The notes under the pieces were generated by a model. The model had not been told where the DNA came from and made no database searches. It saw nothing but the letters and a program-made list of their open reading frames with translations. Shown in pieces: positions 12,292 through 26,000 of a stretch of 64,000 bases of DNA. The position numbers and the translations under genes are program-made. The stretch is from positions 32,550,001 to 32,614,000 of the forward strand of contig OZ024760.1 in NCBI GenBank assembly GCA_964016885.1, written 5' to 3'. Positions within the stretch are counted from its first letter, which is position 1. Each line of letters begins with the position of its first letter. Origin of the DNA: Eledone cirrhosa (lineage: Eukaryota).

Positions 12292-15200
12292 TGCACCCAG
12301 TCCACCCTGTACAGTGGTTGTGTAGGTCTCAAGACAGAAAGCACCCAGTCCACCCTGTACAGTGGCTGTGTAGGTCTCAAGACAGAAAGCACCCAGTCCA
12401 CCCTGTACACTGGTTGTGTAGGTCTCAAGACAGAAAGCACCCAGTCCACCCTGTACAGTGGTTGTTTAGGTCTCAAGACAGAAAGCACCCAGTCCTCCAT
12501 GTACAGTGGTTGTGTAGGTCTCAAGACAGAAAGCACACAGTCCACACTGTACAGTGGTTGAGTAGGTCTCAAGACAGAAAGCACACAGTCCACACTGTAC
12601 AGTGGTTGTGTAGGTCTCAAGACAGAAAGCACCCAGCCACCCTGTACAGTGGTTGTGCAGGTCTCAAGACAGAAAGCACCCAGTACTCCCTGTACAGTGG
12701 TTGTGTAGGTCTCAAGACAGAAAGAACCCAGTCCACCCTGTACAGTGGTTGTGCAGGTCTCAAGACAGAAATCACCCAGTCCACCCTGTACAGTGGTTGT
12801 GCAGGTCTCAAGACAGAAAGCACCCAGTCCACCCTGTACAGTGGTTGTGTAGGTCTCAAGACAGAAGCACCCAGTACTCCCTGTACAATGGTTGTGTAGG
12901 TCTCAAGACAGAAATCACCCAGTCCACCATGTACAGTGGTTGTGTAGATCTCAAGACAGAAAGCACCCAGTCCACCCTGTACAGTGGTTGTGTAGCTCTC
13001 AAGACAGAAAGCACCCAGTCCACCCTGTACAGTGGTTGTGTAGGTCTCAAGACAGAAATCACCCAGTCCACCCTGTACAGTGGTTGTGCAGGTCTCAAGA
13101 CAGAAATCACCCAGTCCACCCTGTACAGTGGTTGTGTAGGTCTCAAGACAGAAAGCAACCAGTCCACCCTGTACAGTGGTTGTGTAGGTCTCAAGACAGA
13201 AAGCAACCAGTCCACCCTGTACAGTGGTTGTGTAGGTCTCAAGACAGAAAGGACCCAGTCCACACTGTACAGTGGTTGTGTAGGTCTCAAGACAGAAAGC
13301 ACCCAGTCCTCCCTATACAGTGGTTGTGTAGGTCTCAAGACAGAAAGCACCTAGTCCACCCTGTACAGTGGTTGTATAGCTCTCAAGACAGAAAGCACCC
13401 AGTCCACCCTGTACAGTGGCTATGTAGGTCTCAAGAGAGAAAGCATGCAGTCCACCATGTACATTGGTTGTGTAGGTCTCAAGACAGAAATCATCCAGTC
13501 CACCCTGTACAGTGGTTGTGTAGGTCTCAAGACAGAAAGCACCCAGTCCACCCTGTACAGTGGCTGTGTAATTCTCAAGACAGAAAGCACCCAGTCCACC
13601 CTGTACAGTGGTTGTTTAGGTCTCAAGACAGAAAGCACCCAGTCCTCCATGTACAGTGGTTGTGTAGGTCTCAAGACAGAAAGCACCCAGTCCACACTGT
13701 ACAGTGCTTGTGTAGGTCTCAAGACAGAGAGCACACAGTCCACACTGTACAGTGGTTGTGTAGGTCTCAAGACAGAAAGCACCCAGTAGTCCCTGTACAG
13801 TGGTTGTGTAGGTCTCAAGACAGAAAGCACCCAGTCCACCCTGTACAGTGGTTGTGCAGGTCTCAAGACAGAAATCACCCAGTCCACCCTGTACAGTGGT
13901 TGTGCAGGTCTCAAGTCAGAAAGCACCCAGTCCACCCTGTACAGTGGTTGTGCAGGTCTCAAGACAGAAAGCACATAGTCCACACTGTATAGTGGTTGTG
14001 TAGGTCTCAAGACAGAAGCACCCGGTCCACACTGAACAGTGGTTGTGTAGGTCTCAAGACAGAAATCACCCAGTCCACCCTGTACAGTGGTTGTGCAGGT
14101 CTCAAGACAGAAAGCACACAGTCCACACTGTACAGTGGTTGTGTAGGTCTCAAGACAGAAGCACCCGGTCCACACTGAACAGTGGTTGTGTAGGTCTCAA
14201 GACAGAAAGCACCCAGTACTCCCTGTACAATGGTTGTGTAGGTCTCAAGACAGAAATCACCCAGTCCACCATGTACAGTGGTTGTGTAGATCTCAAGACA
14301 GAAAGCACCCAGTCCACCCTGTACAGTGGTTGTGTAAGTCTCAAGACAGAAAGAACCCAGTCGACACTGTACAGTGGTTGTGTAGGTCTCAAGACAGAAA
14401 TCACCCAGTCCTCCCTGTACAATGGTTGTGTAGGTCTCAAGACAGAAATCACCCAGTCCACCCTGTACAGTGGTTGTGTAGGTCTCAAGACAGAAAGCAC
14501 CTAGTCCACCCTGTAGAGTGGTTGTGTAGGTGTCAAGACAGAAAGCACCCAGTCCACACTGTACAGTGGTTGTGTAGGTCTCTAGACAGAAAGCACCCAG
14601 TCCATCCTGTACAGTGGTTGTGTAGGTCTCAAGACAGAAAGCACCCAGTCCACCTTGTACAGTGGTTGTGTAGGTCTCAAGACAGAAAGCACCCAGTCCA
14701 CACTGTACAGTGGTTGTGTAGGTCTCAAGACAGAAAGCACCCAGTCCACCCTGTACAGTGGTTGTGTAGGTCTCAAGACAGAAAGTGCCCAGTCCACCCT
14801 GTACAGTGGTTGTGTAGGTCTCAAGACAGAAATCACCCAGTCCACCCTGTACAGTGGTTGTGTAGGTCTGAAGACAGAAAGCACCCAGTCCACCCTGTAC
14901 AGTGGTTGTGTATGTCTCAAGACAGAAAGAACCCAGACCCCACAGTACAGTGTTTGTGTAGGTCTCAAGACAGAAAGCACCCAGTCCTCCCTGTACAGTG
15001 GTTGTGTAGGTCTCAAGTCAGAAAGCACCCAGTCCACCCTGTACAGTGGTTGTGTAGGTCTCAATACAGAAAGTGCCCAGACCACCCTGTACAGTGGTTG
15101 TGTAGGTCTCAAGACAGAAATCACCCAGTCCACCCTGTACGGTGGTTGTGTAGGTCTCAAGACAGAATGCACCCAGTCCACCCTGTACAGTGGTTGTGTA

Positions 15201-18200
15201 GGTCTCAAGACAGAAAGGACCCAGTCCACCCTGTACAGTGGTTGTGTAGGTCTCAAGACAGAAAGCACCCAGTCCTCCCTGTACAGTGGTTGTGTAGGTC
15301 TCAAGACAGAAAGCACCTAGTCCACCCTGTACAGTGGTTGTGTAGCTCTCAAGACAGAAAGCACCCAGTCCACCCTGTACAGTGGCTATGTAGGTCTCAA
15401 GACAGAAAGCATGCAGTCCACCATGTACATTGGTTGTCTAGGTCTCAAGACAGAAATCATCCAGTCCACCCTGTACAGTGGTTGTGTAGGTCTCAAGACA
15501 GAAAGCACACAGTCCACACTGTACAGTGGTTGTGTAGGTCTCAAGACAGAAAGCACCCAGTCCACCCTGTACAGTGGTTGTGCAGGTCTCAAGACAGAAA
15601 GCACCCAGTACTCCCTGTACAGTGGTTGTGTAGGTCTCAAGACAGAAAGAACCCAGTCCACCCTGTACAGTGGTTGTGCAGGTCTCAAGACAGAAATCAC
15701 CCAGTCCACCCTGTACAGTGGTTGTGCAGGTCTCAAGACAGAAAGCACCCAGTCCACCCTGTACAGTGGTTGTGTAGGTCTCAAGACAGAAGCACCCAGT
15801 ACTCCCTGTACAATGGTTGTGTAGGTCTCAAGACAGAAATCACCCAGTCCACCATGTACAGTGGTTGTGTAGATCTCAAGACAGAAAGCACCCAGTCCAC
15901 CCTGTACAGTGGTTGTGTAGCTCTCAAGACAGAAAGAACCCAGTCCACCCTGTACAGTGGTTGTGTAGGTCTCAAGACAGAAAGAACCCAGTCCACCCTG
16001 TACAGTGGTTGTGCAGGTCTCAAGACAGAAAGAACCCAGTCCACCCTGTACAGTGGTTGTGTAGGTCTCAAGTCAGAAAGCACCCGGTCCACCCTGTACA
16101 GTGGTTGTGTAGGTCTCAAGACAGAAATCACCCAGTCCACCCTGTACAGTGGTTGTGCAGGTCTCAAGACAGAAATCACCCAGTCCACCCTGTACAGTGG
16201 TTGTGTAGGTCTCAAGACAGAAAGCAACCAGCCCACCCTGTACAGTGGTTGTGTAGGTCTCAAGACAGAGAGCAACCAGTCCACCCTGTACAGTGGTTGT
16301 GTAGGTCTCAAGACAGAAAGCACCCAGTCCACCCTGTAGTGTGGTTGTGTAGGTCTCAAGACAGAAAGCACCCAGACCACCCTGTACAGTGGTCGTGTAG
16401 GTCTCAAGAGAGAAAGTGCCCAGTCCACCCTGTACAGTGGTTGTGTAGGTCTCAAGACAGAAATCACCCAGTCCACCCTGTACGGTGGTTGTGTAGGTCT
16501 CAAGACAGAAAGCACCCAGTCCACCTTGTACAGTGGTTGTGTAGGTCTCAAGACAGAAAGCACCCAGTCCACACTGTACAGTGGTTGTGTAGGTCTCAAG
16601 ACAGAAAGCACCCAGTCCACCCTGTACAGTGGTTGTGTAGGTCTCAAGACAGAAAGTGCCCAGTCCACCCTGTACAGTGGTTGTGTAGGTCTCAAGACAG
16701 AAATCACCCAGTCCACCCTGTACAGTGGTTGTGTAGGTCTGAAGACAGAAAGCACCCAGTCCACCCTGTACAGTGGTTGTGTATGTCTCAAGACAGAAAG
16801 AACCCAGACCCCACAGTACAGTGTTTGTGTAGGTCTCAAGACAGAAAGCACCCAGTCCTCCCTGTACAGTGGTTGTGTAGGTCTCAAGTCAGAAAGCACC
16901 CAGTCCACCCTGTACAGTGGTTGTGTAGGTCTCAATACAGAAAGTGCCCAGACCACCCTGTACAGTGGTTGTGTAGGTCTCAAGACAGAAATCACCCAGT
17001 CCACCCTGTACGGTGGTTGTGTAGGTCTCAAGACAGAATGCACCCAGTCCACCCTGTACAGTGGTTGTGTAGGTCTCAAGACAGAAAGGACCCAGTCCAC
17101 CCTGTACAGTGGTTGTGTAGGTCTCAAGACAGAAAGCACCCAGTCCTCCCTGTACAGTGGTTGTGTAGGTCTCAAGACAGAAAGCACCTAGTCCACCCTG
17201 TACAGTGGTTGTGTAGCTCTCAAGACAGAAAGCACCCAGTCCACCCTGTACAGTGGCTATGTAGGTCTCAAGACAGAAAGCATGCAGTCCACCATGTACA
17301 TTGGTTGTCTAGGTCTCAAGACAGAAATCATCCAGTCCACCCTGTACAGTGGTTGTGTAGGTCTCAAGACAGAAAGCACACAGTCCACACTGTACAGTGG
17401 TTGTGTAGGTCTCAAGACAGAAAGCACCCAGTCCACCCTGTACAGTGGTTGTGCAGGTCTCAAGACAGAAAGCACCCAGTACTCCCTGTACAGTGGTTGT
17501 GTAGGTCTCAAGACAGAAAGAACCCAGTCCACCCTGTACAGTGGTTGTGCAGGTCTCAAGACAGAAATCACCCAGTCCACCCTGTACAGTGGTTGTGCAG
17601 GTCTCAAGACAGAAAGCACCCAGTCCACCCTGTACAGTGGTTGTGTAGGTCTCAAGACAGAAGCACCCAGTACTCCCTGTACAATGGTTGTGTAGGTCTC
17701 AAGACAGAAATCACCCAGTCCACCATGTACAGTGGTTGTGTAGATCTCAAGACAGAAAGCACCCAGTCCACCCTGTACAGTGGTTGTGTAGCTCTCAAGA
17801 CAGAAAGAACCCAGTCCACCCTGTACAGTGGTTGTGTAGGTCTCAAGACAGAAAGAACCCAGTCCACCCTGTACAGTGGTTGTGCAGGTCTCAAGACAGA
17901 AAGAACCCAGTCCACCCTGTACAGTGGTTGTGTAGGTCTCAAGTCAGAAAGCACCCGGTCCACCCTGTACAGTGGTTGTGTAGGTCTCAAGACAGAAATC
18001 ACCCAGTCCACCCTGTACAGTGGTTGTGCAGGTCTCAAGACAGAAATCACCCAGTCCACCCTGTACAGTGGTTGTGTAGGTCTCAAGACAGAAAGCAACC
18101 AGCCCACCCTGTACAGTGGTTGTGTAGGTCTCAAGACAGAGAGCAACCAGTCCACCCTGTACAGTGGTTGTGTAGGTCTCAAGACAGAAAGCACCCAGTC

Positions 18201-21200
18201 CACCCTGTAGTGTGGTTGTGTAGGTCTCAAGACAGAAAGCACCCAGACCACCCTGTACAGTGGTCGTGTAGGTCTCAAGAGAGAAAGTGCCCAGTCCACC
18301 CTGTACAGTGGTTGTGTAGGTCTCAAGACAGAAATCACCCAGTCCACCCTGTACGGTGGTTGTGTAGGTCTCAAGACAGAATGCACCCAGTCCACCCTGT
18401 ACAGTGGTTGTGTAGGTCTCAAGACAGAAAGGACCCAGTCCACACTGTACGGTGGTTGTGTAGGTCTCAAGACAGAAAGCACCCAGTCCACCCTGTACAG
18501 TGGCTATGTAGGTCTTAAGACAGAAAGCATGCAGTCCACCCTGTACAGTGGTTGTGTAGGTCTCAAGACAGAAATCATCCAGTCCAGCCTGTACAGTGGT
18601 TGTGTAGGTCTCAAGACAGAAATCACCCAGTCCACCCTGTACAGTGGTTGTGTAGGTCTCAAGACAGAAATCATTCAGTCCACCCTGTACAGTGGTTGTG
18701 TAGGTCTCAAGACAGAAAGCACGCAGTCCACCCTGTACAGTGGCTGTGTAGGTCTCAAGACAGAAAGCACCCAGTCCACCCTGTACACTGGTCGTGTAGG
18801 TCTCAAGACAGAAAGTGCCCAGTCCACCCTGTACGGTGGTTGTGTAGGTCTCAAGACAGAATGCACCCAGTCCACCCTGTACAGTGGTTGTGTAGGTCTC
18901 AAGACAGAAAGCACCCAGTCCACCCTGTACAGTGGCTGTGTAGGTCTCAAGACAGAAAGCACCCAGTCCACCCTGTACACTGGTTGTGTAGGTCTCAAGA
19001 CAGAAAGCACCCAGTCCACCCTGTACAGTGGTTGTTTAGGTCTCAAGACAGAAAGCACCCAGTCCTCCATGTACAGTGGTTGTGTAGGTCTCAAGACAGA
19101 AAGCACACAGTCCACACTGTACAGTGGTTGAGTAGGTCTCAAGACAGAAAGCACACAGTCCACACTGTACAGTGGTTGAGTAGGTCTCAAGACAGAAAGC
19201 ACACAGTCCACACTGTATAGTGGTTGAGTAGGTCTCAAGACAGAAAGCACCCAGTCCATCCTCTACAGTGGTTGTGCAGGTCTCAAGACAGAAAGCACCC
19301 AGTACTCCCTGTACAGTGGTTGTGTAGGTCTCAAGACAGAAAGAACCCAGTCCACCCTGTACAGTGGTTGTGCAGGTCTCAAGACAGAAATCACCCAGTC
19401 CACCCTGTACAGTGGTTGTGCAGGTCTCAAGACAGAAAGCACCCAGTCCACCCTGTACAGTGGTTGTGTAGGTCTCAAGACAGAAGCACCCAGTACTCCC
19501 TGTACAATGGTTGTGTAGGTCTCAAGACAGAAATCACCCAGTCCACCATGTACAGTGGTTGTGTAGATCTCAAGACAGAAAGCACCCAGTCCACCCTGTA
19601 CAGTGGTTGTGTAGCTCTCAAGACAGAAAGCACCCAGTCCACCCTGTACAGTGGTTGTGTAGGTCTCAAGACAGAAATCACCCAGTCCACCCTGTACAGT
19701 GGTTGTGCAGGTCTCAAGACAGAAATCACCCAGTCCACACTGTACAGTGGTTGTGTAGGTCTCAAGACAGAAAGCAACCAGTCCACCCTGTACAGTGGTT
19801 GTGTAGGTCTCAAGACAGAAAGCACCCAGTCCACACTGTACAGTGGTTGTGTAGGTCTCAAGACAGAAAGCAACCAGTCCACCCTGTACAGTGGTTGTGT
19901 AGGTCTCAAGACAGAAAGGACCCAGTCCACACTGTACAGTGTTTGTGTAGGTCTCAAGACAGAAAGCACCCAGTCCTCCCTATACAGTGGTTGTGTAGGT
20001 CTCAAGACAGAAAGCACCTAGTCCACCCTGTACAGTGGTTGTATAGCTCTCAAGACAGAAAGCACCCAGTCCACCCTGTACAGTGGCTATGTAGGTCTCA
20101 AGAGAGAAAGCATGCAGTCCACCATGTACATTGGTTGTGTAGGTCTCAAGACAGAAATCATCCAGTCCACCCTGTACAGTGGTTGTGTAGGTCTCAAGAC
20201 AGAAAGCACCCAGTCCACCCTGTACAGTGGCTGTGTAATTCTCAAGACAGAAAGCACCCAGTCCACCCTGTACAGTGGTTGTTTAGGTCTCAAGACAGAA
20301 AGCACCCAGTCCTCCATGTACAGTGGTTGTGTAGGTCTCAAGACAGAAAGCACCCAGTCCACACTGTACAGTGCTTGTGTAGGTCTCAAGACAGAGAGCA
20401 CACAGTCCACACTGTACAGTGGTTGTGTAGGTCTCAAGACAGAAAGCACCCAGTAGTCCCTGTACAGTGGTTGTGTAGGTCTCAAGACAGAAAGCACCCA
20501 GTCCACCCTGTACAGTGGTTGTGCAGGTCTCAAGACAGAAATCACCCAGTCCACCCTGTACAGTGGTTGTGCAGGTCTCAAGTCAGAAAGCACCCAGTCC
20601 ACCCTGTACAGTGGTTGTGCAGGTCTCAAGACAGAAAGCACCCGGTCCACACTGAACAGTGGTTGTGTAGGTCTCAAGACAGAAATCACCCAGTCCACCC
20701 TGTACAGTGGTTGTGCAGGTCTCAAGACAGAAAGCACACAGTCCACACTGTACAGTGGTTGTGTAGGTCTCAAGACAGAAGCACCCGGTCCACACTGAAC
20801 AGTGGTTGTGTAGGTCTCAAGACAGAAAGCACCCAGTACTCCCTGTACAATGGTTGTGTAGGTCTCAAGACAGAAATCACCCAGTCCACCATGTACAGTG
20901 GTTGTGTAGATCTCAAGACAGAAAGCACCCAGTCCACCCTGTACAGTGGTTGTGTAAGTCTCAAGACAGAAAGAACCCAGTCGACACTGTACAGTGGTTG
21001 TGTAGGTCTCAAGACAGAAATCACCCAGTCCTCCCTGTACAATGGTTGTGTAGGTCTCAAGACAGAAATCACCCAGTCCACCCTGTACAGTGGTTGTGTA
21101 GGTCTCAAGACAGAAAGCACCTAGTCCACCCTGTAGAGTGGTTGTGTAGGTGTCAAGACAGAAAGCACCCACTCCACACTGTACAGTGGTTGTGTAGGTC

Positions 21201-23070
21201 TCTAGACAGAAAGCACCCAGTCCATCCTGTACAGTGGTTGTGTAGGTCTCAAGACAGAAAGCACCCAGTCCACCTTGTACAGTGGTTGTGTAGGTCTCAA
21301 GACAGAAAGCACCCAGTCCACACTGTACAGTGGTTGTGTAGGTCTCAAGACAGAAAGCACCCAGTCCACCCTGTACAGTGGTTGTGTAGGTCTCAAGACA
21401 GAAAGTGCCCAGTCCACCCTGTACAGTGGTTGTGTAGGTCTTAAGACAGAAATCACCCAGTCCACCCTGTACAGTGGTTGTGTAGGTCTCAAGACAGAAA
21501 GCACCCAGTCCACCCTGTACAGTGGTTGTGTATGTCTCAAGACAGAAAGAACCCAGACCCCACAGTACAGTGTTTGTGTAGGTCTCAAGACAGAAAGCAC
21601 CCAGTCCTCCCTGTACAGTGGTTGTGTAGGTCTCAAGTCAGAAAGCACCCAGTCCACCCTGTACAGTGGTTGTGTAGGTCTCAATACAGAAAGTGCCCAG
21701 ACCACCCTGTACAGTGGTTGTGTAGGTCTCAAGACAGAAATCACCCAGTCCACCCTGTACGGTGGTTGTGTAGGTCTCAAGACAGAATGCACCCAGTCCA
21801 CCCTGTACAGTGGTTGTGTAGGTCTCAAGACAGAAAGGACCCAGTCCACCCTGTACAGTGGTTGTGTAGGTCTCAAGACAGAAAGCACCCAGTCCTCCCT
21901 GTACAGTGGTTGTGTAGGTCTCAAGACAGAAAGCACCTAGTCCACCCTGTACAGTGGTTGTGTAGCTCTCAAGACAGAAAGCACCCAGTCCACCCTGTAC
22001 AGTGGCTATGTAGGTCTCAAGACAGAAAGCATGCAGTCCACCATGTACATTGGTTGTCTAGGTCTCAAGACAGAAATCATCCAGTCCACCCTGTACAGTG
22101 GTTGTGTAGGTCTCAAGACAGAAAGCACACAGTCCACACTGTACAGTGGTTGTGTAGGTCTCAAGACAGAAAGCACCCAGTCCACCCTGTACAGTGGTTG
22201 TGCAGGTCTCAAGACAGAAAGCACCCAGTACTCCCTGTACAGTGGTTGTGTAGGTCTCAAGACAGAAAGAACCCAGTCCACCCTGTACAGTGGTTGTGCA
22301 GGTCTCAAGACAGAAATCACCCAGTCCACCCTGTACATTGGTTGTGCAGGTCTCAAGACAGAAAGCACCCAGTCCACCCTGTACAGTGGTTGTGTAGGTC
22401 TCAAGACAGAAGCACCCAGTACTCCCTGTACAATGGTTGTGTAGGTCTCAAGACAGAAATCACCCAGTCCACCATGTACAGTGGTTGTGTAGATCTCAAG
22501 ACAGAAAGCACCCAGTCCACCCTGTACAGTGGTTGTGTAGCTCTCAAGACAGAAAGAACCCAGTCCACCCTGTACAGTGGTTGTGTAGGTCTCAAGACAG
22601 AAAGAACCCAGTCCACCCTGTACAGTGGTTGTGCAGGTCTCAAGACAGAAAGAACCCAGTCCACCCTGTACAGTGGTTGTGTAGGTCTCAAGTCAGAAAG
22701 CACCCGGTCCACCCTGTACAGTGGTTGTGTAGGTCTCAAGACAGAAATCACCCAGTCCACCCTGTACAGTGGTTGTGCAGGTCTCAAGACAGAAATCACC
22801 CAGTCCACCCTGTACAGTGGTTGTGTAGGTCTCAAGACAGAAAGCAACCAGCCCACCCTATACAGTGGTTGTGTAGGTCTCAAGACAGAGAGCAACCAGT
22901 CCACCCTGTACAGTGGTTGTGTAGGTCTCAAGACAGAAAGCACCCAGTCCACCCTGTAGTGTGGTTGTGTAGGTCTCAAGACAGAAAGCACCCAGACCAC
23001 CCTGTACAGTGCTCGTGTAGGTCTCAAGAGAGAAAGTGCCCAGTCCACCCTGTACAGTGGTTGTGCAGGT
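12230..23070. repeat. About 4.2-kb duplication at ~6.6-kb offset (12230-16450 vs 18800-23070) with whole-monomer indels
   Basis: The offset steps through 6570, 6619, 6667 and 6620 along the alignment (e.g. ORFs 12856/19475, 13420/20087, 14186/20806, 15817/22437). Private variants TGTAATTCTC, GTCGACAC and TATGTCTC are shared. Confidence 0.85.
14615..18381. repeat. Direct tandem duplication of 1871 bp (39 monomers)
   Basis: ORF pairs 14655/16526, 15386/17257 and 15817/17688 are all offset by 1871 (39x48-1), with identical translations over the shared span. Confidence 0.92.
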
Positions 23071-26000
23071 CTCAAGACAGAAAGCACCTAGTCCACCCTG
23101 TAGAGTGGTTGTGTAGGTGTCAAGACACAAAGCACCCAGTCCACAGTGTACAGTGGTTGTGTAGGTCTCAAGACAGAAATCATCCAGTCCACCCTGTACA
23201 GTGGTTGTGTAGGTCTCAAGACAGAAAGCACCCAGTCCTCCCTGTACAGTGGTTGTGTAGGTCTCAAGACAGAAAGCACGCAGTCCACCCTGTACAGTGG
23301 CTGTGTAGGTCTCAAGACAGAAAGCACCCAGTCCACCCTGTACACTGGTTGTGTAGGTCTCAAGACAGAAAGCACCCAGTCCACCCTGTACAGTGGTTGT
23401 TTAGGTCTCAAGACAGAAAGCACCCAGTCCTCCATGTACAGTGGTTGTGTAGGTCTCAAGACAGAAAGCACCCAGTCCACCCTGTACAGTGGTTGTGCAG
23501 GTCTCAAGACAGAAAGCACCTAGTCCACCCTGTAGAGTGGTTGTGTAGGTGTCAAGACAGAAAACACCCAGTCCACAGTGTACAGTGGTTGTGTAGGTCT
23601 CTCGACAGAAAGCACCCAGTCCATCCTGTACAGTGGTTGTGTAGGTCTCAAGACAGAAAGCACCCAGTCCACCTTGTACAGTGGTTGTGTAGGTCTCAAG
23701 ACAGAAAGCACCCAGTCCACACTGTACAGTGGTTGTGTAGGTCTCAAGACAGAAAGCACCCAGTCCACCCTGTACAGTGGTTGTGTAGGTCTCAAGACAG
23801 AAAGTGCCCAGTCCACCCTGTACAGTGGTTGTGTAGGTCTCAAGACAGAAATCACCCAGTCCCCCGTGTACAGTGGTTGTGTAGGTCTCAAGACAGAAAG
23901 CACACAGTCCACCCTGTACAGTGGTTGTGTAGGTCTCAAGACTGAAAGCACCCAGTACACACTGTACAGTGGTTGTGTAGGTCTCAAGACTGAAAGCACC
24001 CAGTACACACTGTACAGTGGTTGTGTAGGTCTCAAGACTGAAAGCACCCAGTACACACTGTACAGTGGTAGTGTAGGTCTCAAGACAGAAAGAACCCAGT
24101 CCACACTGTACAGTGGTTGTGTAGGTCTCAAGACTGAAAGCACCCAGTACACACTGTACAGTGGTTGTGTAGGTCTCAAGACAGAATGCACCCAGACCAC
24201 CCTGTACAGTGGTAGTGTAGGTCTCAAGACAGAAAGCACCCAGTCCACCTTGTACAGTGGTTGTGTAGGTCTCAAGACAGAAAGCACCCAGTCCACCATG
24301 TACGGTGGTTGTGTAGGTCTCAAGACAGAATGCACGCAGTCCACCCTGTACAGTGGTTGTGTAGGTCTCAAGACAGAAAGGACCCAGTCCACACTGTACA
24401 GTGGTTGTGTAGGTCTCATGACAGAAAGCACACAGTCCACACTGTACAGTGGTTGTGTAGGTCTCAAGACAGAAAGCACCCAGTCCACCCTGTACAGTGG
24501 TTGTGCAGGTCTCAAGACAGAAAGCACCCAGTACTCCCTGTACAGTGGTTGTGTAGGTCTCGAGACAGAAATCACCCAGTCCATCCTGTACAATGGTAGT
24601 GTAGGTCTCAAGACAGAAATCACCCAGTCCACCCTGTACAGTGGTTGTGCAGGTCTCAAGACAGAAAGCACCCAGTCCACCCTGTACAGTGGTTGTGTAG
24701 GTCTCAAGACAGAAGCACCCAGTACTCCCTGTACAATGGTTGTGTAGGTCTCAAGACAGAAATCACCCAGTCCACCATGTACAGTGGTTGTGTAGATCTC
24801 AAGACAGAAAGCACCCAGTCCACCCTGTACAGTGGTTGTGTAGCTCTCAAGACAGAAAGAACCCAGTCCACCCTGTACAGTGGTTGTGTAGGTCTCAAGA
24901 CAGAAAGAACCCAGTCCACCCTGTACAGTGGTTGTGCAGGTCTCAAGACAGAAAGAACCCAGTCCACCCTGTACGGTGGTTGTGTAGGTCTCAAGACAGA
25001 ATGCACCCAGTCCACCCTGTACAGTGGTTGTGTAGGTCTCAAGACAGAAAGGACCCAGTCCACACTGTACAGTGGTTGTGTAGGTCTCAAGACGGAAAGC
25101 ACCCAGTCCTCCCTGTACAGTGGTTGTGTAGGTCTCCAGACAGAAAGCACCTAGTCCACCCTGTACAGTGGTTGTGTAGCTCTCAAGACAGAAAGCACCC
25201 AGTCCACCCTGTACAGTGGCTATGTAGGTCTCAAGACAGAAAGCATGCAGTCCACCATGTACATTGGTTGTCTAGGTCTCAAGACAGAAATCATCCAGTC
25301 CACCCTGTACAGTGGTTGTGTAGGTCTCAAGACAGAAAGCACACAGTCCACACTGTACAGTGGTTGTGTAGGTCTCAAGACAGAAAGCACCCAGTCCACC
25401 CTGTACAGTGGTTGTGCAGGTCTCAAGACAGAAAGCACCCAGTACTCCCTGTACAGTGGTTGTGTAGGTCTCAAGACAGAAATCACCCAGTCCAACCTGT
25501 ACAGTGGTTGTGCAGGTCTCAAGACAGAAATCACCCAGTCCACCCTGTACAGTGGTTGTGCAGGTCTCAAGACAGAAATCACCCAGTCCACCCTGTACAG
25601 TGGTTGTGTAGGTCTCAAGACAGAAAGCACCCAGTCCACCCTGTACAGTGGTTGTGCAGGTCTCAAGACAGAAAGCACCCAGTACTCCCTGTACAGTGGT
25701 TGTGTAGGTCTCAAGACAGAAATCACCCAGTCCAACCTGTACAGTGGTTGTGCAGGTCTCAAGACAGAAATCACCCAGTCCACCCTGTACAGTGGTTGTG
25801 TAGGTCTCAAGACAGAAAGAACCCAGTCCAACCTGTACAGTGGTTGTGCAGGTCTCAAGACAGAAATCACCCAGTCCACCCTGTACAGTGGTTGTGCAGG
25901 TCTCAAGACAGAAAGCACCCAGTCCACCCTGTACAGTGGTTGTGTAGGTCTCAAGACAGAAAGCACCCAGTCCACACTGTACAGTGGTTGTGTAGGTCTC

